Source: the human T2T-CHM13v2.0 reference genome, Homo sapiens. Taken from it: 64,000 bases of DNA. A program made the translations under genes and the position numbers. The notes beneath the pieces are model-generated. The model had not been told where the DNA came from, searched no databases, and saw only the letters and a list, made by a program, of their open reading frames with translations. Positions 46,601 to 59,069 of the stretch are shown piece by piece. Each line of letters begins with the position of its first letter. The stretch's first letter is position 1. The DNA is taken from the NCBI RefSeq assembly GCF_009914755.1, contig NC_060938.1. One strand, 5' to 3'.

Positions 46601-47769
46601 GGTAACAAAATAACTGAATTTGTATACCATTATTGCTGCTGCAAGTTCTGTTCTGATTGCCAATGATTGATAATCATCAGGTAATAATTTCTTCTTTACA
46701 TGGCTACCTACATAAAGCAGAGGGATGATGAGCATTCAATAACAATAGCAGCCACACAAATGCACTGTGCCTAAATATCTGATGTCCAAATATTTTTGGC
46801 CTCCAAATACTCTCAGAAAACATAGAAAGTGTATGGGTTGAAGCAGCATCCACAGTCAGCATGGGCTTATGATCATATAGGCATGTGGTTAGAGTGTTTG
46901 AATACTTTTCTATTTTGTGAATGAAGGTCTTTTTTAAAGCCAAAATTGGGCGCTATTGGTAGAGGATTCACTAAACCCTTTCTCCTTCTGCATAAGATTT
47001 TGACGTTTGGTTAACTCTGTAACTCTGTTCCCTTGAAAACAGTAAAATGTCAACCATGTTATTGGGTAACATTGGTTAGGGTAAAAATGACCCTTGGTTA
47101 GTGAAAATGACTGCCTTGGAGAAGGGGAATTTACCTGGTCTGGCCCTGACTCTGCTCTCCAAGACGGGCTGTTTGTTTACTCTGTCATAGCCCTGTTCCA
47201 TTCATTATATTCCCTGGCTACATCTGAAATGGGAGATGAGGAGTAAGCCCTCCTTAGTAGCTAGTTTGAGATAACTATAAATTCTAAGAAGAAGCTGTAG
47301 TTTTGGGCTTCTCTGAGTGCAATGACTCTTGTAACCAGGTGTGTCTCTTGGAGGGATCTGGAAGTTATGCCTATGAAGTTGTTACAAAGATATTGGTTCC
47401 TGTGAGGAATGAGGTTTTCAAGGCCGGGCACTCTTGAACTTGCCTAATGTGTTCTTACCTGAGTTCTTAAACTGTCACCAGGGGGCCAGATAGAATAGCT
47501 TTGGACACTGTATAGATTGTTCCATGGATTACCACAAGACTCCAGAGAAGAGGAATGCCTGATGCTGCTCTGTTGGCAAACTCTCTGAGTAGGCTGGTGC
47601 CAAATGTTGACTGTGATAGTCTTATACACCTGAACGTTCAGTTGAGCTTCAGAAGACTCAGTGAAGGTATTGCAGACACATAGGTAAAATGCAGCCTGAA
47701 GCAAGGATCATATTCCTGATCTCATGATGTGGCAGAACTGGATAACTATGCATTTTAGCTGTTTCCTTT

Positions 47770-48135
47770 TCTCTCATGGCACAAAGCTAAATTCTATTTT
47801 CCAGCTTATCTTGCAATAGGTATGGCCATTTGACCAAGTTCTAACCAGTGGAATGTGGGGTGGAAGTGAAGAAGGGTACTTCCAGACCTAGCCCATGAAA
47901 ACCTCCCCTATACCATCTCCCATCTTTCCTCAATTGGTCAACTTATGCCCAGGAATGTAAGGCATTAGAGGAAGGTGAAACCTCAAGAGAGAGGTCTTGA
48001 ATAACCACATAGAAGGTCATCTGCAGTCAGGAATATTCAGTTAGAGTTCAAATGAATAAGACATACACAACTATATTTAGCCAGAGTAATTTAGCAGCTT
48101 AGCTGTGAAATCCATTAGTACTTCCTTAACTAACA
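47770..48135 (+). mobile_element. MLT1H/I-like LTR
   Basis: ggccatttgaccaagttctaaccagtggaatgtg...acttccagacctagcccatgaaaacctccc. Confidence 0.65.
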
Positions 48136-48327
48136 GACACATTCCTCAGATCTACAAATTTTCTCATTGTATACCAAGAGATGCAGGCCTGCTGCATTTT
48201 CAGAAATGGCTTTAAGATTTTTTAAAACCCTAGCATGCAAACACAAGATGTATGTTTACATCATGAGTTAATGATTTGGAAATAATACTAATTTGCTTTT
48301 GAAATAATAAGAATTTGGAATACAACT

Positions 48328-48820
48328 TTGTCTTTGTTCATATTTTGCTGCTATAACAATATCTAACACTGAGTAATCTATATACAAAGAAGTTTATTTG
48401 TTCTGGAGGCTGGAAGTCCAAGATCAAGGGGTTGCATCTGGTGATGACCTTCTTGCTGAATCATAACATTGTGGAAGAGATCACATGGTGAGAGGGTGAG
48501 AATGCAGAGATGGAAAAAGGGGGCTGAACTCCTGCAGTCACTAAATTACTCCTATGATAGTGGTATTAGTCTATTCACGATGGCTCCACCTCTTAAGTAT
48601 CATCACAAGGGCAATTAAGTTTCAACATGAGCCTATAGTTCCAGCTACTTGGGAAGCTGAGGCAGGAGGATTCATTGAGCTCAGGAGTTTGAATCCAGTC
48701 TGGGCAGCATATTGAGATGCCTCCTCTTAAACAAACAAATAAACAAACAAACAAACAAACAAAACCAAACCCAGAAAACCAAACCCATGAATTTTGGAGG
48801 GAACACTCAAACTATAGCCA
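48328..48820 (-). mobile_element. MST-type solo LTR interrupted by a FLAM Alu monomer (48631-48785, +)
   Basis: ttctggaggctggaagtccaagatcaaggg...ggcaattaagtttcaacatga | monomer + (CAAA)n | attttggagggaacactcaaactatagc. Confidence 0.85.
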
Positions 48821-49208
48821 ATGCCTACTTACAAATAGGAAAAAAATGACCAGGAGGAAACATTTCTATAAATGTTGCTGTCTGCAAATGATACTACCAG
48901 ATTTCTGTCTTGTCAGTTCAGGATGGCAGAGAAAGATTGGAGGCAGACTGAGTTGTGCTGAAGGTGAGAGAAGTTTTATTTTTTCCTTCTTCTGCAGCCG
49001 CAGGCTGAATTGGAGGTTTAGTGGTGTTCTAGCTCATTGCTGTTTACAGTCATATTTACTATGTTGCAGATGGACACCCAATGGAACATTAGTCTATGAA
49101 AAAAGGATTCTGTGATTAAATATAAATTAGGAAAATACTGCATACTATATTTCTACAGGAGAGTCTCAATGCATATTAGCAGATTGAAAACTCTTAGAAA
49201 ATCTGCAA

Positions 49209-50435
49209 CCTATTTAATAAATGCTGATGGGAAAACTGGCTAGCTACATGCAGAAAACAGAAACCGGACCCCTTTCTTATACCTTATACAAAAATGAATT
49301 CAAGATGAATTAAAGACTTAAAACCATGAAAACCCTAGAAGAAAACCTAGGCAATACCATTCAGGACACAGGCATGGGCAAAGACTTACTGATTAAAGCA
49401 CCAAAAGCAATTGCAACGAAAGCCAAAATTGATAAATGGGATCTAATCAAACTAAAGAGCTTCTGCACAGCAAAAGAAACTATCATCAGAGTGAACAGGC
49501 AACCTACAGAATGGGAGAAAATGTTTGCAGTCTACCCATCTGACAAAGGTCTAATATCCAGAATCTATAAGGGACTTAAACAAATTTACAAGAATAAAAC
49601 AACCTCATCAAAAAGTGGGCAAAGGATATGAACAGACACTTCTCAAAAGAAGACATTTATGTGGCCAAAAAACATATGAAAGAAAAGCTCATCATCACTG
49701 GTCATTAGAGAAGTGCAAATCAAAACCACAATGAGATACCACCTCACGCCAGTTAGAATGGCAATTATTAAAAAGTCAGGAAACAACACATGCTGGAGAG
49801 CCTGTGGAGAAATAGGAACGCTTTTACATTGTTTTGGGGAGTGTAGATTAGTTCAACCATTGTGGAAGACAGTGTGGCGATTCCTCAAGGATCTAGAACC
49901 AGAAATAGTATTTGACCTAGCAATCCCATTACTGGGTATATACCCAAAGGATTATAAATCATTCTACTATAAAGACACATGCACATGTATGTTTATTGCA
50001 GCACTATTTACAATAGCAAAGACTTGGAACCAACCCAAATGCCCATCGATGATAGTCTGGATAAAGAAAATGTTGCACATGTACACCATGGAATACTATG
50101 CAGCCATAAAAAAGAATGAAGCTGGAAGCCATCATTCTCATCAGACTAACACAGGAACAGGAAATCAAACACTGCATGTTATCACTCATAAATGGGATTT
50201 GAACAATGAGACCACATGGACACAGGGAGGGGAACACCATACACCAGGGCCCTTCGGGGGGTTGTGGGCAAGGTGAGGGAGAGCATTAGGACAAATAGCG
50301 AATTCATGCAGGGCTTACAGCCTAGATGATGGGTTGATAGGTGCAGCAAACCACCATGGCACATGTATACCTATGTAACAAACCTGCATGTTCTGCACAT
50401 GTATCCCAGGACTTAAAGTAATATAAAATAAAAAA
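49209..50435 (+). mobile_element. 5'-truncated L1PA7/8-like element
   Basis: ORF2 C-terminal ORFs ([13 protein letters not shown]..., zinc-knuckle region), 3'UTR, A-tail; TSD agaaa(a/g)tctgcaa at 49196 and 50436. Confidence 0.95.
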
Positions 50436-52963
50436 AGAAAGTCTGCAATAAAGGAACATGTTTTTAACACTGTCACTTTATCATAAATAATGATATATAA
50501 TATAATCTTGTTAGAAAATTTATATTTTATTAAATTATAATTTTATCTATAAATGGATAATTTGTTCAGAATAAACTACCCCAAAATCTTGGTGGTGTTT
50601 GTTTCTCACTCATTGCAGCCCAGTGTAGGTCAATAGGTAGTTGGGAGAGGATGGTTGAGCTCCATGCAGTCATTCAGGGACCCAGGCTCCATCCACAATG
50701 TGTGGCCATTATCTTTCTGGGCTTCAGAGTTCCACTGGATTCTTTGCATCCAGCTAGCAGGACAGGAAAACATGAAGAAGAGACACTTGGTCTTAGCCAC
50801 CTTTGGAGTTGATGGTTTCCACTTCTACTTCCGTTTCATTGGTGAGTGCCATTTTGTGGGCAAGCAATTTAGCTAGTCCAGGTTGCTAAAAGTTTGACCT
50901 GGCCTCAGGTTTGATGAGCCATCCATTTCTTCCCATCAAATGATTGACTTGCTTCTGGCAAAAAAGATTAACAAGATTCTTACCATCTTGAGAAGCCATA
51001 TTCAAATCTGGAACACCTGCTCCCACCCTGTCCTCTCCTCTTTATAGCATGTGGATTTCAGCTCTGGAAAGACTAATCTTGTTCTGTAATAGGTCCATGT
51101 CTCTTTATCTTCTCCAGAGACTGAAGGGTTCTTCAGAGGTATCTTAAAGAGTCAGCTTACAGCAAATGAGGTTGGAGGCAGTGGTTGAGAATGGCTCATC
51201 AGTCTGGGCTCTGGGCTTCTTATCTTGCCTCAACCAAGGCAGTCCAGCTTTGATCTGTATCATTAAAAGAAAGGTTATATTACTAATGAAAAACCTGAAA
51301 ACTATGGTTATTAGCTAAATCAATCATCTCTGCAGATGAAAAACTTGAGGCCCCAAGAAGTTAATCAATTGGCCTGATATCACACAGATGCTCTAGGAGG
51401 ACCTGACATTTACAGTTGGGTTTCCTGACTCTCAGATCTGTACTCTTTGTACTGGGGTAGCTGCCTGCTACTTCTCCCCTTGTGTGTGGCATGTGGTCTG
51501 AGGTCTAAGATAAAGGGAGGGAGTCAGGCTCTGCTGATGCCACAAAGGACCTAAGCAGGCAGATTCACCTCCTGCTTTTGGTCTCTTAATTCCTCTCTAG
51601 ATGAAGCAAGAACAAGTCTGTCTTCCCATCTAGGGCAGGGTTGCTCTGTGCGAGGCTGATGGTGCACGCTGCTGGGATATTGGCACTTCTCAGGCATTTT
51701 ATTAGCTCCTGTTTACAGAGACACTGCCTGAATTCCTTCTGCCACTCATCCCACACCGCCTATGCTGGTGGTTAACAGTGCCATTTTAAAATCTCAAGCA
51801 GGAGGAGACAACATAATTGTCTCATGTTTTAAGCTTTTGGAATGTTGTTCTTTTTCAGAGTTGTGAAGACGGAGTGGATACAGGTCAACTTGATTCTGCT
51901 TTTCTCTATCAATGGCCTGCAAATATTAAATATGCAAAACATAGGCTGCTCTGTCCATATCTCCTTCTCCCCAGTTCTCACCACATGACGTTGATTTCTG
52001 CTCAGGACTGGAAAGAAGTGATTGCTTTAGATTTGCTTTTCTTTTACCAACTGGAGAAATGCCTTACCGTGTCTTGTTTAAATGTGGCTTTTCACACAGT
52101 TCCAGCTTTTGGGGTTGGGGAGGGGCACAAATAATCTGTGTGGTAGGCAGTTTTATTGTTCAGAAAAGAAGAAAACAGACCCCAATGTTTGGAATGCCAA
52201 CGATTTAGGAAGTTTCTAGCAGGTCTGCTACTTGTTCCAACCACTAGGTTTGATCCCAGAAAAGACTCACATGCGTTTTGGCCATGAGAAGGAGGGGTTC
52301 CCTGCAGGCCAAAGGAAGGGTCAGTAGAAGTTGAGGGTGGTGTGTTGTGCCCCTCTAGATTCCAAACTTCCCTTTGCTGCCTATCTGATGACCAGGTGAA
52401 AGCTGGGTTTATTCTGCATGGGAAGGTTCTGTGGGTTGGTGTTCATCAGGGAAAATAACCAGGACAGACTTCATTGGCCAAGGGTTTGCCCATGTTTTGA
52501 GAATTAAAACTTGTTTACTTGAGAGTTAGAGTCATTTGGTCAGCTGTTTATATTCCATTTTTAATTATTTTTGTGCTCGCTGTTTTGTTCTTTTGGTCTT
52601 TGACAGATGAGCAAAAATTCTTTTTAATAACTTTTAAAAAGCTATCCCAGTGCTGACCAGGGAGGAAAAAGTGATCAAATTGTCTAATAAGGAAACATTG
52701 TACATTTCAGTTTTTATTTGCTTAGTACTAATTCTATTTTCTCCTCCCACCTTTTTTTTCTAAATGTATAACAACAAAGGGGGAGATAATTTTTGTTTTT
52801 TCCAAAATGCTTTCAGGGAAATCCCTTTTAAACCTATGGATTTTAGTCCAATGAGGAATCCTCTTCCTTTGGTCTAAATTTTGCATATCGTCTGTTTCTT
52901 ACAGGGCTTCCGTATTGTCTCAGGCTCCACTGGAAATGCAGCAAGGATTCCTAGCACATCCCA

Positions 52964-52977
52964 GTTGCCATAGCAAC
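52964..52977. promoter_or_regulatory. RFX X-box, near-perfect palindrome GTTGCCATAGCAAC
   Basis: Fits GTNRCC(N0-3)RGYAAC; immediately upstream of the putative first exon, outside any recognisable repeat. Confidence 0.8.
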
Positions 52978-52999
52978 AGCAGTCTTTCCCATAATGAGC

Positions 53000-53116
53000 T
53001 GCATCATCTGAACTGATGTCACAGCATCATGCAGCAGGTCAAACAAGGCATCTCCTAGTATTGCATCCTACAGATGTGCTGTAAACATCAAAAGAAGACG
53101 GTGGGATCAGGAGATG
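53000..53116 (+). other. AKAP6: Putative non-coding first exon (5'UTR), recognised from memory as AKAP6/mAKAP exon 1; TSS approximate
   Basis: Ends at consensus donor GATG|GTGAGT (53117-53122); X-box just upstream; acagcatcatgcagcaggtcaaacaaggc...gggatcaggagatg matches my recollection of the AKAP6 mRNA leader (not verified by search). Confidence 0.7.
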
Positions 53117-54418
53117 GTGAGTGTTAAATGTCTGGGCCTTAATTGCACGGCTGTTTTGTTGGTTAGTCGGTGTCTGCTAAGGCGGAGATTGGGGGATGTT
53201 GTCTCTGCTTAAAATGGACTGGGGAAAGAAGGGCTGTTTTACCTAAATCGTTTTTCAGGCTGCCGGGTTAAGACAAAGGCCTGTAAGAGTCATATAGGAA
53301 TTAAAATATGTAGAATTATTCTTGCTCCAGCTCTGTCTGTTATTTTTAAGTGTTCTTACAGAATTTTTCATAAACATAAGATGATTTTTCAATTGCAAAA
53401 CCCCAGATAAGCTTTAAAATGAGTAGTTAACAGTATTTAAGCATTGTAAAAATATAGATTTCTTTTTGGGAGGCAGAGCTAATTGGCCCCCTCTTTGCTC
53501 TTGTGAATTATGAAATATTCAGTGATTTGCAGTATGAAATTCATTATTTACCTCGGTTGGGTTTCAGTTTCTTCATGGCAAGGAACAAATGCTGAATAAG
53601 CATTTGACATAACCCTGATGTGAAAGGGGATCTCTTGCATATTCAAGACAGAATTTATTAAAAGCATAAAAACCTAAACCAAATGAAATTATTTGAGCCT
53701 TTTGATCTATATGGTAGTTCTTCAACCCATGTCCTTCAGAGTTAGTTGAAAGACTGCCACATATTTTTCCATCTCTAGCTAGTCTCTGAAATAGCTGGAG
53801 TTGTTTGCAGGCTGACTTGTAACTGAGAAAGGAACAAGTCTCCTCTCTGCGGCAGTTGCAGTGAAGGGTAACCCTGGGAGAGCCTCTGAAGTGGCAGTGG
53901 TGTTGCCATCCCTTGCTTAACTTTAACAAAAATCTGGGTATGATGAATAAATATCAGGGTCCTCAGTGGTTGTAGGGATTACAGACCTCTGGACTCAGTC
54001 ATAACCTCAACTCAATTCCAAAACTCTAAACACGTATCATTTTCATTTCAACTCCTAGCTCTGTTTTTAGGCATCTTTATTATTATTATTATTTTCTAAA
54101 AAATTAGTCTGACAGTGTCAGATAAGGAGCAGAATGTTGCCTTTTGTTTTGGGAAATGAAATGGATTTCCCTGGTACAGCTGATTGCTACTAGGGGAGAG
54201 AAAGGAGGAGGCACATGTCAGTTCAATTGATCAATATGTCCACTTAGAATCAGGGAGTGGTCTTGTGGCTTAATGCTGCCAAATTGATAGTTTTTACTCA
54301 AAAAGTCTTACACGAAAGAATGGCAACCATTGAATTCCTCTTCTTTTAGTCTGTTTATTGGGGCTAAAGAGATATATCATGGAAAGCAGGAAAAGCAATA
54401 CCTTTAGCTAGCTTGGAG

Positions 54419-54449
<31 letters not shown>

Positions 54450-55689
54450 GCACAGAGTTAAGTATGCTAGTCCCATTAGGCACCAGCCAGAGGAAAGGCC
54501 TCAGGTTTTAATTTGTTTGTTTATACCACATCACGCACATGCTTGCTACTCTCAGTCCTTTAAGCTTATGTTTCTGACATGCAGCTGTATAGGATGGGAG
54601 AGGTCAGCTCAGCCTGGCTTTATCGCAAGCACTTAGAAGCATGAATTGTTCATTGCCTGCTTTTTTATGTCATATAATGTGAGCAGAAAGCTCTGCTGGG
54701 ACTGCTGGGTGTGAACACATCTAAGTCGAAAGCTCTAAGGTGACAGGGAAGAGTGCTAGATGGTGATGGGGGAAGGGAAAGTATGTCTTGTAGCTAGATT
54801 ATAAATCTGGATAAAATCACTTAGTGCCTTTTAGAATTTTCTTAAAGTATTATTTCTGAAGAAGAGCAATGAAGAAAGACTTGTTTGGTAACATGAATTT
54901 CTAGGAGTAAAAAAAAGCAAAAGGCAGCATTGTAATGAGTTTTCTGTTTGCTTAATTCTTGTCTCTTTTGTTTAAAGTGCTCTTCAGCTGCTTCATCATG
55001 GTTGATTTGTTCAATTACTGGAAGTCACAAAAGCTAGATTCCTTAAGGGCAGTGTTAGAAAAAGTGGAGTCATGCTTTGAGGGTGGGGAAGGGCGCTGGT
55101 GGGTGTGGACTGACGCAGTTATCTAGTGGAACATCCTCCCGGTTCAGACAACCCTGTAATTTTTCCCCCCGCAAATGTTCAAAATGCAATTACAGTTCTC
55201 CAACTTTATGCTTTTGTGCTCTTTTTGCTCCAGGAGAACAAAGCCCTGGTAATGAGAGCTATCATCCTAATGTTTTGTTTCTTCGTTTCTTTGTAGAGGG
55301 CCACAGCCTGCGCTGCTCTCTGATTAGCTGCATGTCTTAATTACTGGCTAAGGCTATTTCAGTTGTCTTAGTTTTAATATATCCCCAAGGGGTAGATGGT
55401 GTGTGTGTGTGTATAGGGGAAGGGAGAGATTTCTCTATGGCTGTATTTATTGGTGCCTCACTGAAACTTTCTACAGTTTAAGGAATTTTGTTTCACAGTA
55501 ATGATAGATCATCAAGACCATGTTTATTGGACAGAGTTTAGGCCATGGAAGCCTCACAAGAAGTTAATGTCCTCTATACTTTTGGTCATGGCTTTCACAA
55601 ATACATTACAAAGTTACAAAGAAGTTAATTCTTTGCCGATAACTAGGCCGCATAGGGATGATAAAAATAATAATCATAATAACAATCAT

Positions 55690-55950
55690 AGCTATCATTT
55701 ATTCAGTTCTTACTGTGTATCAGTACTGAATTAAGTTTTGTGTATATCTTATTTAGCCCTTATTATTATTATGAAGTAGAGAGTAATAATCTCACTTTAT
55801 AGGATTAGGTGTTATTATTCACATTTTGCAAAAACCAGTCCTTAGCCAGGCGAATAAACTTGGCTAAGGTTATGTAGTTAATAAGTGATTGGGCCAGGAT
55901 TCCAAACCATTGCGATCTGGCTATGCAGCACACATGCTTACCCACGGCCA
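55690..55950 (-). mobile_element. MIR
   Basis: gctatcatttatt...aacttggctaaggttatgtag...gggccaggattccaaacc. Confidence 0.7.
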
Positions 55951-57054
55951 TCTCAGTTTTATGACATCTTTACTGTATATACCATACAGATCAGTCATCT
56001 ATACTCTATCACACGTACCCCACCCCTCCTCATTCTAATTGGAAAATCAGATTTCATATGTAGAATGAAATGTCATTTGCAACACTAAGGTTGATTTCAC
56101 TGTAAGGATGAGCATGAATCTTGATCAGATGTGAATATTTACTTTGTACCCAGAGATTTAAGTAATGAAGAGTTGATGCTTAGACTTTTGCCACTGCCCT
56201 TGCTTGATATAACTTTCTAGCAGGATCTCTGTATGGAAAATGTTACATCAATAATTGTGGGCATGATGGAGTTGCACTCAAAGCAGGTCTTACCTGAGTC
56301 AGTAATGATTCAGCTTTGTTATAAACCTGTCTTATCAGCTATATTTGTGGTGCTTTGTTAACTTTAAGATGTTTGTATTCCCTGCTGTTGCACCAGGTTC
56401 TGTTCTCAACCTGGTGTTGAGAACAGAAGCAGAAACTTCTCTCACAGTCTGGAAAGTGTAATCTGAATCTATCTCTTAGGTTAAGAAGATAGAGGATTTA
56501 TTTTGCTGAATGTATCAGTGGCTGAAACCAAACTCTGTCTATCTCTGACAAAGTACAAGAATGACAGTCTTGTGTAATAACCTGGAAGCCTTGTGTTTGA
56601 GGAGAGCTGATATAGTCATTTCTGTATCATCTTGCTCATCCCCAGCTATCCACGCCCAGCGTCATTATTGGGCTCTAAGGGCTGTTCTTTGTTTGAGTGT
56701 GGGGCTAATGCACACACTGACAGCATGTTGATATTGATTCCTGTATGGTGAATACTTAGAAATATTATTCCACAGGGCTCATTAGCCTTTTCTGGGTTCC
56801 AGGAAGAAGTTAACCTTTGTCCTAACCTGCTCCAAAGAGGCCCAAGCTTGTGTCTGCATGAGGTACAGGAATGAGAGGCTGATCAGAAAGCATCAAAGCT
56901 GCTAGGTACAATGACTACAGGAGTTAGGTTCCAATTAGGAAATAAAATAGCCAGTGGAATTTAGGGAAGTTGGTGGTCTTGCTACATGTCTCTGATTTTC
57001 TTCTATTTATAATCCTAGAACCCATGAATGGCAGTTTGTTTTGATCCCATGGAT

Positions 57055-57175
57055 TCAATTCAATTCAATAAATATTTATTGAATATCTCCTATATGCCAG
57101 GCATTGTCAGGGAATCTATAGCAATGAGCAAGACAGATGCAAATCTCTTCCCCAGCTACATTCTAGAGGGGAAGG
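57055..57175 (-). mobile_element. L2 3' end
   Basis: ttcaattcaataaatatttattgaatatctcctatatgccaggcattg. Confidence 0.8.
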
Positions 57176-57867
57176 GAAAAATGGGTAAATTGGTAAAATA
57201 ATTTATTTCCTCTAATACTGCAATACTATTTCTATTTACTTTTTATTCCATGTGTTATTAGAGAAGCCCATTATCTGTGCACATTTGTATAGGTACATAT
57301 AGCTATATGGTTTATATGTGGAGGTAAACTTACTGCATTAAATAATAACTTTTTTTTTTCTTGCATGGGTTTGGATTAGAATCTTTCTGGATGTGGACAA
57401 GACCAATATGGCAATTAGTATTTTTTTGGTATAAACTATTTTGAGAAATAAAATTATAATCAGTCAAATAGTGCATGTCTATCTCAGTTGACAAACTTGA
57501 CATATGGAAATATGAAATGTGTGTGGCAGATCAGTTAAGGAGAGATATTTTTGTTTTTATAAAAGATATTCATCACCTTTAAAAATTGTCCAGAGAGCCC
57601 TCTAAATTGAGCATTCCAGCCAGCCTGCTGATGGAGGTATGTATCATACAAGGTACCAACTACACACTTAGTTGTACAAGGACAGGTATACCAGTTACCT
57701 TCAGTCTCATCTAATCGCCCTAGTGTGCCTTACAGTATTGCTTTAAATGGGAAGCATTTCTCGAAACAATCATATTGACTGAACTCTGTAGATGGGCCCT
57801 GAGTGTGGTTTTTCAGAGGAATAGCAATCCATATAGGACTTTGGCCATGGCAACAGAGTTTTAGGTA

Positions 57868-58409
57868 CAGTAGCCCCTTCCGCGCCCTTATTTGTGATTT
57901 AGCCTTTTGTGGTTATGGTTATCCGTGGTCTGAAAACATTCAGTGGAAGATTGCAGAAATAAACAATAAGTTTTAAATTATGCGCTGTTCTGCATAGTGC
58001 AGTGAAATCTCTCACCATTACTGTTCTGTCCTGCCTGGGATGTGTATCATTCCTTTGTCCAGCATATCCATGCTGTATATGCTACCAGCTTGTTAAGTCA
58101 CTTAATAGCCGTCTTGGTTTTCAGATCAACTATCTCGCTATCATAATGCCCATGTTCAAATAACCTTTATTTTACTTAATAATGACTCCAAAGCTCAAGA
58201 TTAGTGATGCTGGCATATTGTTACAATTGTTCTGTTTTATTATTAGTTATTGTTAATCTCTTATTGTGTCTAATCTATAAATTAAACTTTATCACAGGTA
58301 TATATGTATAGGAAAAAACATAGTATATGTAGGGTTTGGTGCTATCCATGGTTTCAGGCATCCACTGGGGGTCTTGGAACATATTCCCTGATAATGAGGG
58401 GGACTATTG
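57868..58409 (+). mobile_element. MER44B-like Tigger MITE
   Basis: TIR remnants cagtagcccc...ttat / ataatgagggggactattg; shares ends with 30658-30971 in opposite orientation. Confidence 0.85.
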
Positions 58410-58664
58410 CAGTTTGAATTAATAAGGCATACAGTTTCTTCTCCACAAGCACATACCGGTCAGTAATTGAATTCCTGAGTTGGCTTTAAGATTTGGTGAA
58501 GATAAAGGACAGACTTTGTTTTCCTCATAAGCCACCAGCCATATTTTTCTCTGTTCTTCAGCCATGGGGCATGCTCCAAACTCTTCCAGCCATCTTGCAG
58601 TGGTGTGCTTTGAGTCACAAGGGTAAGTAGGGAGAGAATGTGGAACCTTTATTTTATTTTCAGA

Positions 58665-58822
58665 TTTTTTTTTGGAGACAGGGTTTTACTCTGTTGTTCA
58701 GGCTAGATTGCAGTAGTGCAATCATTACTCCCTGCAGCCTTGAAATTCTAGGCTCAAACGATCCTCCCACTTCAGCCTCCCAAGTGGTTAGGACTGCAGG
58801 TGCACATCACCCCACCTGGCTA
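58665..58822 (-). mobile_element. Alu monomer (FRAM / AluJ right arm)
   Basis: gagacagggtttt...gcagccttgaaattctaggctcaaacgatcctcccac. Confidence 0.85.
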
Positions 58823-58900
58823 GTAGAGCCTTTAGAATGGGGTCTCAAACTGGCTAATACATGAGCTAAACCTAGCCTGCAGCTTGTTTTGTATGGCTGC

Positions 58901-59069
58901 TGGGCAGGCTTTATGGGTGTGCAACCTGTGTAGTTGCATAGGGCCCTGCACTGAGAAGGGCCCACACTTAGTTTAATACTCTGCTGTAACCATCTTGGAA
59001 TTCTTAATAATTTTTTAATAAGAGGCTCCACATTTTTATTTTACAGTGGACCTTATGTAGCCAGTCCCA
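58901..59069 (+). mobile_element. MER53-like hAT MITE nested in an older hAT (MER58/MER102-like) fragment
   Basis: ggctttatgggtgtgcaacctgtgtagttgcatagggccc...gaattcttaataatt...atgtagccagtcc. Confidence 0.75.

Noticed and set aside
49326-50276. 101-aa and 187-aa ORFs, the latter the longest in the window
   Set aside because: L1 ORF2 C-terminal remnants in a 5'-truncated, promoterless copy.
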